Below, one piece after another: positions 40,931 to 57,740 of a DNA stretch of 64,000 bases. Position 1 is the first letter of the stretch. Every line of letters starts with the position of its first letter. A program made the position numbers and the translations under genes. Origin of the DNA: the human T2T-CHM13v2.0 reference genome, Homo sapiens; assembly GCF_009914755.1 (NCBI RefSeq), contig NC_060933.1; one strand, 5' to 3'. The notes below the pieces were generated by a model. It ran no database searches, was not told the DNA's origin, and saw nothing but the letters and a program-made list of their open reading frames with translations.

Positions 40931-41676
40931 ATGCCTATGCCACTTGAAATAAAATGTTTATTTTTCCTCTACTTAAGATCCTTAGAGAGATTATAAAACC
41001 ACAATCAAAAGAATAGAGTATTTCTTATCTGAACAACATTTCCTTAATGCACTCATGAAATTTCCCTTTTATTTAAAGCCATATCATTCTGACTCTCTGC
41101 TGTTATGGTAAACACTTTATTCCCTTATACATCACTTTCAAATAAAGGCACCAAGCAAGTCTCACTTTGCCCCTGTCTTGACAAACTTATCCCGATACCA
41201 CTGAACAGAGTACTAACATGGAGTGGCAGGTATGTGGTGGTGATGGCAGAAAGTCAAATGGTATTGAATCCAGATAACTTTGGAAGGTGCAAGTTCCCAC
41301 CATCTCTACCACATATCCACTGTTTCAAATAGTGCTCCAATGAATGGTACTTGCAAGGACTTTAGCTTATTTATTGAGTTTCTACTACATGTGAAACAGG
41401 GAACATCAGGGACAGATGGAGAGGTGAATAAATCAGGCTCCATTTCTACAAGGAGTTTACAAATCTGGGGATGCCACATGCTGGGAAATGCAGCCTGGTA
41501 TACTGAAAGAAAATTGGAATGAAATTTGGAAACCCAGATGTGATTCTGCCTTCCTCAAGATCACACTTTGATTCAACTGCCGGCATAAGTGTTACAGCAG
41601 AGAAATAGAAGTCTAGAGTAAAAAGAGTCTAATTTTATTTCAGTAACCAGATATATAAGTATGATATGGTTTATGA

Positions 41677-41872
41677 GTGTGTTTCTCAAAATGCAGTGCC
41701 ATGAATTATCTACATGAGAACTGGCATATATACTTTAAAAATTCAAATTTCTAAACATCATCCTACAACTACTAAATTGGTGTCTGTGGGATAGGGGAAG
41801 GATTTGGGGATATACATATTAATAAAGCCTCCTAGGTGATTCATATGCATTGTAAACTTTAGCAACTAAGCT
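41677..41872. mobile_element. MER5A/B hAT-Charlie MITE
   Basis: gtttctcaaaatg...aaaattcaaatttct...actactaaatt...aataaagcctcctaggtgattcatatgca. Confidence 0.65.
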
Positions 41873-42718
41873 AAGGAAAAATAGGATGATTAAACTAAAA
41901 TAAACCATCATTTAAGTCTTTTACTAATAATTGAAAAAGTCTTTTGGCGGTAGAAAATGGAGGGAGATGCTCAGGGTGAGAATACCCACATTCCTATTCT
42001 CAGTAAAAGTTTTGCATTATGTGTAAGCCAACTTCTACAATGCAGATCAAGGCCACAAGTTGCCAGTTAAATTTAGTGTTCTAAGTCCTATGGAGATTTG
42101 TCTTGGTGGCAAAAACCAGGTAAGAGCTCAAGTGGTTTAATCCATTTGAGGATTTCTATATTTTCAAAATAAGGTATCATATTTATTTCAGTGATAGAAT
42201 GTAATGTTGCAACAAAACAAAGATTTGGTAGCTATCCCTTCAGAGAAAAATTTTTCTAAAGCTTTCACAATAAATATATGAATCATTACCTTATTATACC
42301 AAAATATAGGGAAATTTTAAAGAATTGCATGTAGTAGTCATTTTACAAAACATCACAAAGGAGAATTATTTCATGTAATAGAATAATAAGCATTATAATA
42401 TCTTGGAATAAAATAATTCTGAAAATGAAAAACTTTACCTTGCAGATACCACCAATAATATATAACTAAGCTTTCATACTTAATACTATTAAAACCTTTT
42501 GAAATAAATTATAGTTTAGCTGAAATGTATCTCCATTTGGTTTTTTCATATATGAATCTTTTGTTTGCTAGTGACTGACAATTCATTTGGTTGTTTTTTT
42601 AATGCCATTTCTCGCCTACTTTTTCCCAATATTTTATAATTGTAGGTACATAAGAAAATATCACATGAACTCAACAGTCAGTGGAAGCTGAAATGCTGCC
42701 AATTTCAAGTTATAATTA

Positions 42719-42916
42719 TGGGTAGACAAAACGCTATCTGTGTGCCATGTCTGGGCCACAGCCTGTTTTCAGACTACTAGCAAGGTAAGAATAATTTTAC
42801 CATTTTTAAACTATTATCAGAAAAAACTAAGAATATGCAATGAGGAACGTATTGTGTCTCGCAAAGTCTAAAATACATACTACCTGGCCTTTTTCATAAA
42901 ATGTGTGGTGACCCAT
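42719..42916 (-). mobile_element. MER58-family hAT-Charlie MITE
   Basis: gcctgttttc...taagaataattttaccatttttaaa...gcaaagtctaaaatacatactacctggcctttt...tggtgaccc. Confidence 0.7.
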
Positions 42917-44331
42917 TTATTATATGAGGTATCCAAAAAAAAAAAAAAAGAACTGATGATTAAGCAAATTGCTTTGCTTTCCATCAGCAATGCTGAAAAG
43001 TTCATTGTCAATGGTAAATAAGTTATATAATGAACTAAAACTAATACAAAGTGAGTAGCAAATAAGAAGAAATACATAATATAGTAATAAATTAAAGTTC
43101 TTAAGTATAAAATGGAAGGCTACAGGGCTATTTAGAGCATAGTCAAATATTTGTATAAAATTTCAGTAACTTGAAAGTACTAGTATATTTCCTGAAACTA
43201 TATGAACGGATCCTCAAAATAATAATAAACAGTGACTACAAAATTCTATTAAATAAGTATTTATTAAATAATGTGTTTAAGTACACATCAAACTCCATTT
43301 GATAGGGAGGGTAACGATTGCATCCATACAGTACCTAGTCCAAAATATAGCTCATAGAGTTCAAAAATCTTTACTGAACAAATTAAATAAAAGGGTTTCA
43401 CTCTTATTTACTCTAATAAAAAATAAAATAATGTTCAAGGGTACCCTCCATTATTGTAGCATCAACTCCTTAACAATGCTGATTAAAAAGATAGCACCAT
43501 ACACTGATATACCTTGCTCCTCAGTCTATCATCCTTGGTCTGTATCTGGAGGCTTTACAATGTCAGTCAACCAAAATCTTCAAGTTTTCTCCAATATGTA
43601 GGTATATTCACTTCTATCTTTGCACAACTGTAAGCACTCCTTTTCAGAAGAAAGCTTTTTTAAAAAGGCATAAATGCACACAATATAATCCCTTCTTCAC
43701 TCTCTTCTCATTTTATCCTCCCAAAGAATTTCTCAGTTATGTCTGCAGTAATCTTATACTACATAAAATGTCAAAATGTTCTAACACATAATACAAAATC
43801 CGTTCTCTAGCCCCTGGCTCAGCCACAGGGAAGAATATGTGCTCATTTCGTAATAGTTAGGGATTTTTGAAGTTTTCATAAAGGTGGAGAGTGCTCAAGA
43901 AAAAGAATCATTGTGAACATAAAAGACTTCCCATAGTGGCATAAACTTCTATTCAAAATGCTAAAAGTTCTGCAACACACTAATGCTAAACCTGGTTCCG
44001 TTCACACTTAAAAAAATCTACTGTTTTAATTTTATCACTTTTTTTTTCTTACCTCCCTCTTTTGAGATACTTGAAAACCTGTCAATCAAAATACAAAATA
44101 ACAATTATTTGAATCAGAGGGCACAGGAATTTAACTGGATCATACAGAGCTTGAAAGGCCATAAATTACTATTGTACTGTTTGGATGCTTTCCAGGATAG
44201 GGGAAATAAAATGAATGACAGATACTTTTTAAATCATTAAAATAGAAAAGATCACCTAAAATTTAAACAGCAGTTAAGAAATAAAAATGAAAAAGAGGGC
44301 TTCCTAATACAAAGTTGACTCGTATAAATAT

Positions 44332-47300
44332 TTTCTCTTTTTAACTTTATTGTAAATTGACAATTTTTAATTACATATTCACGGGATACAAAATGAAGTT
44401 ATCATTCATGAATACAATGTGGAATAATTAAATCTAACTAATTTACATACCCATCACTTCAAGTATTTATTATTTTTGTAGTGAGAACATTTTAAATTTA
44501 TTCTCCTAGCAATTTTGAAATGTACAATACATTACCATCACTATATTCACCACATTATGTGACATACCTCAAAAAGAAACCCACCTTAGACCTCCTGTCT
44601 AACTAAGCTTTTGTACCCTTTGACCATTATCTCCCCACTGCCTCCATCCTCCAGGCTTCTGTAACCACCATTCTATTCTGCTTCTATGAGTTTGACTGTT
44701 TTAGATTCCACATATAAGTGAAAACATGCAGTATTTGTCTTTCTGTGCCTGGCTTATTTCACTTAGCCTAATATTCTCCAATTCCATCCAAGTTGTTGCA
44801 AATGACAGAATTTTGTTCTTTATTAGGGCTGCATAGCATTTCATTGTGTATATATGTACCACAGATTCTTTATCTATTCATCTGTTGATGAACACTTAGG
44901 TTGATTCCATATCTTGGCTGTCAATAGCGCTGCAGGGAACATGGGAGTGCAGACACCTCCGACAAACTGACTTCAAATCTTTTGGGCAAACATCCAGAAG
45001 TGGGTTTGCTTGATCATATGGTAATTCCATTTTAGCTTTTTGAGAATCCACTATACAATTTTCCATAATGGCTATAACTAATTTACATTCCCACCAACAG
45101 GGTACAAAATTTCCTTCTCTCCACATTATTCCCAGCATGTGTTATCCTTCATCTTTTTGATAACAGCCATTCCCACAGGTGAGATAATGTCTCATTTTGC
45201 TTTGAACTTAAATTTCCCTAATAATTGGTGATGTGGAGCATTTTCTCATATATATGTTGGACATTTGTATGTCTTCCTTTGAGAAATTTCCATTCAGGTC
45301 CCTTGCCCATTTTGTTCTTGTTGTTGTGTTATTTTCTCGCTATTGAATTGTTTAAGTTCTTTATATATTTTGAATATTGACCCCTTACAGAATGCATCGT
45401 TTGCAAATATATTCTCCCAATCCCTAAGTTTTTTATTCATACTGCTCTTTCCTCTGATGTGCAGAAGCTCTTTTGTTTGACCTAATCCCATTTGTCTATT
45501 TTCACTTTTGCTGTCTGCACTTTGGGGGGTCAAATAAAAAAAGTTACTGCCCAGACCAATGTTGTGTTTCTCCTATGTTTTCTTCTAGTAGTTTTTACAG
45601 ATTCTGGTATTACAATTAAGTCTTTAATCCATCTTGAGTAGATTTTTGTGTATGTTGTGAGATGAGTCCACTTTCATTTTTCTGCATGCATATATCTAGC
45701 TTTCCCAACACCATTTATTGAAGAGGCTATATTATTCTTTTTATGTGTTGTACACACCTTTGTTAAAAATCAATTGACTGTATATGCCTTGGTTCATTTC
45801 TGAGCTCTCTATTCTGTTCCACTGGCTGATGTGTGTGTGTGTGTTTAATTAATTAATTTAATTTTCCAGTACCATGTTATTTTAATTACTATAGCATTAT
45901 AATAGTTTAAATTCAGGTAGTGTGATGCCTACAGCTTTGTTCTTTTTGTTTTTGATTGCCTTGGCTATTCAAGGTTTTTGAGAATTCCAAATGAATTTTA
46001 CAACTTTTGTCTCTTTCTATGAACAATAACAATGGAATTTCAACAAAAACTACATTCAATCTGTAGTTCATTTTAGGTAGTATGGACATTTTAAAAATAC
46101 TAATACTTCCAATATATAAACACAAACCATCTTTCCATTTATTTGTGTCTTCTTCAGTTTCTTTCATCAATGTTTTATAGTTTTCAATATACAAGTCCTT
46201 TATCTCCCTGGTCAAATTTATTCCTAAGAACAGATGTTCTTTGACATACAATGGGGTTATGTACCTATAAACCCATTGTTAATTGAAAATATCATAAGTC
46301 AAAAAGGCATTTCATACACCTAAACTGCCAAACATCATAGCTTAGCCCAGCCTACCTTAAAAGTGCTCAGAACATTTAAACCTAGCACAAAACCTAATTT
46401 AGAATAAAGTTTTGAAAATCTCATGTAATTTCTAAAATAATATACTGAAAGTAAAAAACAGAATGGTTAAATAGTTCCCAATCCTAAATTTTAAAAATCA
46501 TAAGTCAAGCCATTGCAAGTTGGAGAACATCTGTGTATTTTATTTTATTTTTTGTAGCTATTATAACTGGAATTACTCTCTTGATTTCTTTTTTAGATAG
46601 TTCACTGTTAGTATATAAAAATGATACTTCTGTGTGTTGACTTTGTATCCTGTAATATTATTGTATTTGTTTATAAGTTCTAACAGGTTTTTTTTTTTTT
46701 TTTTTGGTGGAGTCTTTAGGGTTTTCTATATATGATTTCTATACCTAAGATGCCATAAGAAGCATTCAGCAGTGAAGCCTTCAGATTCTGGGCTTTTCTG
46801 TGATGGGAGACTTTGTATTACTGATTAAATCTCCTTCCTCATTATTGGTCTGTTCGTATTTGCTATTTCTTAATAATTCAGTCTTGGTAGGTTGTATGTG
46901 TCTAAGAATTTATCTATTTCTTCTAGGTTATCTGATTTGTTGATTTACAATTATTCATAGTAGTCTCTTAAAATTATTTGTATTTCTGTGCTATCAACTT
47001 TAATGTCTTCCCTTTCATTTATAATTTTATTTATTTGAATCTTCTCTATTTTTTCACAGTTGACTAAATAAAAGCATGTTAATTTGATATTTTCTAAAAA
47101 CCAACTCTTAGTTTATTGACCTTTTGTATTATTTTTCTAGTCCGTATTTCATTTATTTCTGCCTTCTTCTTTAATATTTCCTTCTTCCTGCTGACTTTGG
47201 ACTTAGTTTGTTCTTCTTTTTCTAGTTCCTTGAGGAGCAACATTAAGTTGTTTATCTGAGATCCCTCTTCTTTTGTAATATAAGCATTTATTGTTATAAA

Positions 47301-48627
47301 CTTACCTCTTAGAACTCTTTTTTCTACATCCCATAATTTTGGTGTGTCATATTTTCATTTCCATTCATCTAAATATATTTTAAAATACCTCTTTAAAATG
47401 TATTATTTTATCCATTCAGGCACATATTGTTTAATTTCCATGTATTTATGGATTTTCTCAAATTCATCATGCTATTGATTTCTAGTTTCATGGCATTGTG
47501 GTCAGAAAACATACCTGATATGATTTCAATCTTAAACTTTCTAAGGCTTTATTTGTGCCTTATCATGTGATCTACCTTGGGGAAGGTTTTAGGTTTGCCT
47601 TAGAAGAGTGTATTTTCTGTTGCTGTTGGATGAACTGTTTTATGCAGGTCTGCTAGGTTCATTTGGCCTGAAGTGTTGTTCAGTTCCAGTGTTTCCTTAT
47701 TAATTTTCTGTTGAGATGAACGGTCCTTTATTGAAAAGTTATATTAAAGTTTCCTATTATCATTGCAATATAGTGTATCTCTCCCTTCAGGTAGTTTAAT
47801 ATTTGTTATATTTATCTAGGTGCTCCCATGTTGGGTGCATATATATTTACAATTGTTACACTTTCCTGATTACTTCATCTTTTCATACAATATAATAGCT
47901 TTCTTGGTCTCATTTTACAGTTTTCGACTTAAAGTTTATTTTGTCTGTGATAAGAATAGCTACCCCTGCTTTCTTTTGCTTTCCATTTGCATAGAAAATA
48001 TTTTCAACTTCTTCGCTTTCAGTCTATGTGTGTCCCTGAAAGTAAGGTGAGACTGTATTAGGCAGCATATAGTGGAGTCTTTAAAAAAAAAATCCATTTG
48101 GTCACTCTATGTCTTTTATTGGTGAATTTAATCCATCTACACTCACAGCAATTACTGATATGTAAGGCTGTAATACTGACATTTTGTTCACTGTTTTCTG
48201 GTTGTTGTATTGATACGTTACCCCAGGTGGTCTAGCCATACAGTTACCCACAATATTCCCCATGGGGTAAGACCAACACGGGCTTCTTGGGAAGCATCTC
48301 AAAATGCTAAAGAAACTAGATAAGTGCTTCTGGCTCTCTTTTTCTCCTGTAGAAACCATGAGCCCAGGGAAATCCTCTTCATCTGGCATCGTGCCTACCT
48401 GGGGGAGTGGGACTGGTGGCACAGTTGAAGTGACACCATTCTTCTAACTTTTCTATTTTTGTTTTCATTCAGTTTTGCAGAACATGCCAGTGTTTCAGGT
48501 TTTTTTCTAAGTATTGGGATTTTCAAAACTATGTTCTGGTCTATGGATAGTTTCTCATTGAATTTTCTGTTGCAGGGAAGTGCAACCTGATCCTTCCTAT
48601 TCTGTGTTCTTGCTGACATCACTCCCC
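44332..48627 (-). mobile_element. L1MA6/7-like LINE with both termini, lacking ORF1 and the RT core
   Basis: 3' UTR at left; ORF2 remnants (GINLTREIKDLYIENYKTLMKETEEDTNKW; GLNSPIK); 5' terminus ttgctgacatcactcc at right. Confidence 0.88.
46231..46533 (+). mobile_element. MER47A (TcMar-Tigger MITE) nested in L1MA
   Basis: Perfect 10-bp TIR cagatgttct/agaacatctg; internal aacatcatagcttagcccagcctaccttaaa. Confidence 0.88.
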
Positions 48628-49099
48628 TTTAATTATATATTTTTAAATTCATTTACCATACTCATGCAGTGCAGTGGAACATACAAAACACGTCAATAAT
48701 GCTATAATGGATATGCTATATTATATCAAGATTATTTTCACCACCAGTACCTTCAAAGGACACTCAAAAACTTGTTAAATTCAATTCCATTCCTGTCCAG
48801 TGGGCTCACAATCTAAATTACTACCAACAAACAAAAGAACAATGAAATGAATGTTGTTTAGATGACTTCTAATTAAACTAATTGGCTTCAGCTGTGTCAA
48901 TATTAGCATTGCATCAAGAGAAAACAATGTTTGTAAAATATTCTTAATAAAACTCTGTGAACATAGAAGACTTCCTATTTACAATAACTATTTGTATTAA
49001 CTGCAGAATTTAAAATCTGTTTACTATTTACATTCACTGCAGAACTGCTTCTGGTAGTGACTGAATATGACAAATTGTAACTCGATCACCAGGTAACAT

Positions 49100-49210
49100 A
49101 TTAGAAAGGATATTAGACTAGAATCTAGAGCCTTGATTGCCTAGGATATTCCACTAATTCACTATATGATTTTAGGCAGTCACTTAACCTTTAGGAGCCT
49201 GTGTTACAGA
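49100..49210 (+). mobile_element. MIR/MIR3 remnant
   Basis: ccactaattcactatatgattttaggcagtcacttaacct. Confidence 0.55.
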
Positions 49211-49324
49211 CTCACCCACTGCTACCTGTACACGTAATTGTTATTATATAGATCATATGTTTAGACTCTAGAACTCTGAAATAAAATATATTTATTATTA
49301 CAAAGAATACAAAATGTTTACCAA

Positions 49325-49524
49325 AATACACTGCCTCTTCTTAGGGACACAGCTAACTATATATGTTGTTTCCCTGGAAGTTATGTGGTGCCATGAGATT
49401 AAGTTTTAGAAAGTGGAACATAAACATATGTAAATGTTTGCACATAAAATTCTCTACTTTCTGGCTGGTGGGCATGGAGATGACCACGACGACCTTAAAA
49501 ACCACAAGCTAAAGACTGTGAAGT
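49325..49524 (+). mobile_element. MLT1J-like LTR, 5' part (split by L1PA3)
   Basis: gggacacagctaacta...ttatgtggtgccatgagattaagtttta...cataaaattctc...gaccttaaaaaccac. Confidence 0.55.
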
Positions 49525-50523
49525 GAGCCAAGATGGCAGAATAGGAACAGCTCCGGTCTACAGCTCCCAGCGTGAGCGACGCAGAAGACGGCTGATTTCT
49601 GCATTTCCATCTGAGGAAACGGGTTCATCTCACTAGGGAGCACCAGACAGTGGGCGCAGGACAGTGGTTGCAGTGCACCATGCGTGAGCCGAAGCAGGGT
49701 GAGGCATTGCCTCACTGGGAAGCGCAAGGGGTCAGGGAGTTCCCTTTCCTAGTCAAAGAAAGGGGTGACACTGTGCTTTTCTGACAGGATTTAAAAAAGG
49801 CACACCAGGAGATTATATCCCGCATCCGGCTCGGAGGGTCCTACGCCCACGGAGTCTCGCTGACTGCTAGCACAGCAGTCTGAGATCAAACTGCAAGGCA
49901 GCAGCAAGGCTGGGGGAGGGGTGCCCACCATTGCCCAGATCTGCTTAGGTAAACAAAGCAGCTGGGAAGCTCGAACTGGGTGGAGCCCACCACAGCTAAA
50001 GGAGGCCTACCTGCCTCTGTAGGCTCCACCTCTGGGGGCAGGGCACAGACAAACAAAAAGGCAGCAGTAACCTCTGCAGACTTAAATGTCCCTGTCTGAC
50101 AGCTTTGAAGAGAGCAGTGGTTCTCCCAGCATGCAGCTGGAGACCTGAGAACAGGCAGACTGCCTTTTCAAGTGGCTCCCTGACCCCTGACCCCCGAGCA
50201 GCCTAACTGGGAGGCACCACCCAGTAGGGGCAGACTGACACCTCACACGGCCGGGTACTCCTCTGAGACAAAACTTCCAGAGGAACGATCAGACAGCAGC
50301 ATTCGCGGTTCACGAAAATCCGCTGTTCTGCAGCCACCACTGCTGATACCCAGGCTAACAGGGTCTGGAGTGGACCTCTAGCAAACTCCAACAGACCTGT
50401 AGCTGAGGTTCCTGTCTGTTAGAAGGAAAACTAACAAAAAGAAAGGACATCCACACCAAAAACCCATCTGTACATCACCATCATCACCATCATCAAAGAC
50501 CAAAAGTAGATAAAACCACAAAG
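49525..50523 (+). promoter_or_regulatory. L1 5' UTR: internal sense promoter (YY1 site caagatggc) and antisense promoter
   Basis: CpG-rich relative to the window; matches the L1PA 5' UTR. Confidence 0.85.
49791..49931 (-). pseudogene. ORF0: L1 ORF0, truncated to 46 aa by a 1-nt deletion
   Basis: Hand translation MVGTPPPALLLPCSLISDCCASSQRDSVGVGPSEPDAGYNLLVCLF* matches the N-terminus of primate ORF0. Confidence 0.75.
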
Positions 50524-51540
50524 ATGGGGAAAAAACAGAGCAGAAAGACTGGAAACTCTAAAAACCAGAGCACTTCTCCTCCTCCAAAGGAACGCAGTTC
50601 CTCACTAGCAATGGAACAAAGCTGGATGGAGAATGACTTTGATGAGTTGAGAGAAGAAGGCTTCAGACGATCAAACTACTCCGAGCTACAGGAGGAAATT
50701 CAAACCAAAGGCAAAGAAGTTAAAAACTATCACAAAAATTTAGACGAATGTATAACTAGAATAACCAATACAGAGAAGTGCTTAAAGGAGCTGATGGAGC
50801 TGAAAGCCATGGCTCGAGAACTACGTGAAGAATGCAGAAGCCTCAGGAGCCGATGCGATCAACTGGAAGAAAGGGTATCAGCAATGGAAGATGAAATGAA
50901 TGAAATGAAGCGAGAAGGGAAGTTTAGAGAAAAAAGAATAAAAAGAAACGAACAAAGCCTCCAAGAAATATGGGACTATGTGAAAAGACCAAATCTACGT
51001 CTGATTGGTGTACCTGAAACTGACGGGGAGAATGGAACCAAGTTGGAAAACACTCTGCAGGATATTATCCAGGAGAACTTCCCCAATCTAGCAAGGCAGG
51101 CCAATGTTCAGATTCAGGAAATACAGAGAACGCCACAAAGATACTCCTCGAGAAGAGCAACTCCAAGACACATAATTGTCAGATTCACCAAAGTTGAAAT
51201 GAGGGAAAAAATGTTAAGGGCAGCCAGAGAGAAAGGTCGGGTTACCCACAAAGGGAAGCCCATCAGACTAACAGCGGATCTCTCGGCAGAAACTCTACAA
51301 GCCAGAAGAGAGTGGGGGCCAGTATTCAACATTCTTAAAGAAAAGAATTTTCAACCCAGAATTTCATATCCAGCCAAACTAAGCTTCATAAGTGAAGGAG
51401 AAATAAAATACTTTACAGACAAGCAAATGCTGAGAGATTTTGTCACCACCAGGCCTGCCCTAAAAGAGCTCCTGAAGGAAGCACTAAACATGGAAAGGAA
51501 CAACCGGTACCAGCCACTGCAAAAGCATGCCAAATTGTAA
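50524..51540 (+). CDS. ORF1: LINE-1 ORF1p, intact 338 aa RNA-binding/chaperone protein
   Basis: MGKKQ...KHAKL full length; REKG, ARR and YPAKLS motifs intact. Confidence 0.93.
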   Translation: MGKKQSRKTGNSKNQSTSPPPKERSSSLAMEQSWMENDFDELREEGFRRSNYSELQEEIQTKGKEVKNYHKNLDECITRITNTEKCLKELMELKAMARELREECRSLRSRCDQLEERVSAMEDEMNEMKREGKFREKRIKRNEQSLQEIWDYVKRPNLRLIGVPETDGENGTKLENTLQDIIQENFPNLARQANVQIQEIQRTPQRYSSRRATPRHIIVRFTKVEMREKMLRAAREKGRVTHKGKPIRLTADLSAETLQARREWGPVFNILKEKNFQPRISYPAKLSFISEGEIKYFTDKQMLRDFVTTRPALKELLKEALNMERNNRYQPLQKHAKL

Positions 51541-51588
51541 AGACCATCGAGGCTAGGAATAAACTGCATCAACTAACGAGCAAAATAA

Positions 51589-55433
<3,845 letters not shown>

Positions 55434-55657
55434 ACAATGAGAACATATGGACACAGGAAGGGGAACATCACACTCTGGGGACTGTTGTGGGGTAGGGGGA
55501 TGGGGGAGGGATAGCATGGATAGCATTAGGAGATATACCTAATGCTAAATGAGGAGTTAATGGGTGCAGCACACCAGCATGGCACATGTATACATATGTA
55601 ACTAATCTGCACATTGTGCACATGTACCCTAAAACTTAAAGTATAATAAAAAAAAAA

Positions 55658-55762
55658 TGAATATTCAAGCAATATTCAAAAATGTCTTCTCCAGAATGTG
55701 AAGTTTTTGATAGGCTTTTCTGTGAATGAAGATTTATATATTGCTTTAAAAAAAAAAAAAAA
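55658..55762 (+). other. L1 3' transduction: 90 bp of non-L1 sequence plus second poly(A)
   Basis: Lies between the L1 poly(A) and an A15 tract immediately followed by the 3' TSD copy. Confidence 0.88.
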
Positions 55763-55774
55763 GGACTGTGAAGT

Positions 55775-55903
55775 AAGGCCTCCTTGCCAAACTGTTCAGC
55801 CATCTAAGATTATGAACTGAATGAGATGTAATTTCTATTGTGTTAAGTCACTGAAGTTTCCAGTATTTTTACTAGAATAAATAGCATTACCTTAACTAGC
55901 ACA
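55775..55903 (+). mobile_element. MLT1J-like LTR, 3' part
   Basis: aatttctattgtgttaagtcactga...tagcattaccttaactagcaca is an MLT1J-type end. Confidence 0.6.
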
Positions 55904-56756
55904 ATTATACTGAATGCATAACATATTGTGTCACTGTGGGCTGAGGATACCATTCACTATGTTAAACAGTAGAGAATGTTGAACTACGTAACTAGATTTC
56001 AGAAATACAAGGAAGATCACCAGGTCTACTACAGATCAGGAATCATACCATTTTCTAGGTGGGAATATGGCACTCTTCTATGGAAATAAGACAAGAGCTA
56101 GGTAAACCATCTATGACATTTCATTGCCTTTTGCAGGCTAGAACTCAAGGAGTATAGATTCTGGGGCAGGGTCAGAGTAAGACAGCCAAGGTAGAAGTGG
56201 AACACCTATACTTTTCAAGCCAAGGTATATATAATTCTTCCTGTATTAATTTCCTTTTTGTTGTCAGTTGATGTTTGTTAGATGTTTGTTAAAGTATTCA
56301 TTCTGAATTGCAACTTCATTCAGGAATTCTGAGATTTATCAAGGAAGGGATTTGTAATGACCATGTTTTCTTTTCATACATTTTCTGTAATTCAATGATA
56401 CCTCATATTTATATTTTAGATTAAAATGTGAATTTCTAGGCACGTAAGAAAAATTATAGGATCACAATGTAAGGAAGCTGGTCAAAATCAAATATTTTAT
56501 GAACATATAATAGAAGATCTTAAAATCTAAGTTTACTGAGTCACTAAAAGTTAGGGACATTGTATGTGTGTGTGTTCTTTTAATCGCTTTCTCTGCCAAC
56601 ATGTATTCCTTCTCCTTGGCCAGGCAAGGACTGCAAATTAGATATTAGTAATTTTGAATATGCCTAATTTATCATCTGAAAATAGTTTAGATTACTATTG
56701 CAACCAGATGCCATTGAAATACCCTACTAATTTTTTTGTTTGGAAGTCAAGAGTTA

Positions 56757-57150
<394 letters not shown>

Positions 57151-57170
57151 CCTAAATAATAAAAATAGTT

Positions 57171-57496
<326 letters not shown>

Positions 57497-57509
57497 TTAT
57501 AATTCGTTT

Positions 57510-57740
57510 GTCACTTATGTCCTTTTATATTTCAATTATCATGCACCATTGTGTGCTTCACAAATGTTAACTCATTCAGTCTTTCCAAACAGCCTTATGA
57601 AGTAGCTGTTATTACCAGACTTTACAAGAGAGTAAAGTAAAGATCAGAGAAGCCATATGGCTGTCTGAGAAACCTTAAGCTAGTGAATAGCAGGGTTCAG
57701 ATATGAACCTAGGTCTCTTAAATCCAAAGCCCATACTTAA
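57510..57740 (-). mobile_element. MIR SINE
   Basis: aactcattcagtctttccaaacagccttatgaagtag...gctagtgaatagcagggttcagatatgaacctaggtctc...tccaaagccc. Confidence 0.7.

Noticed and set aside
42439-42495. Possible 57-nt minus-strand exon (FNSIKYESLVIYYWWYLQ) with AG|GTAAAG donor
   Set aside because: The acceptor is poor (ttcaaaag), the peptide is unrecognised and there are no partner exons. It would need RNA-seq support.
44322-48645. Possible TSD (tataaatatttt / attatatatttt) for the minus-strand L1MA
   Set aside because: AT-only and imperfect, so indistinguishable from chance.
50470-50496. 9-bp slippage duplications in the L1PA3 (ccatcatca here; ggatagcat at ~55510)
   Set aside because: These are ordinary local slippage events in UTRs with no evident consequence.
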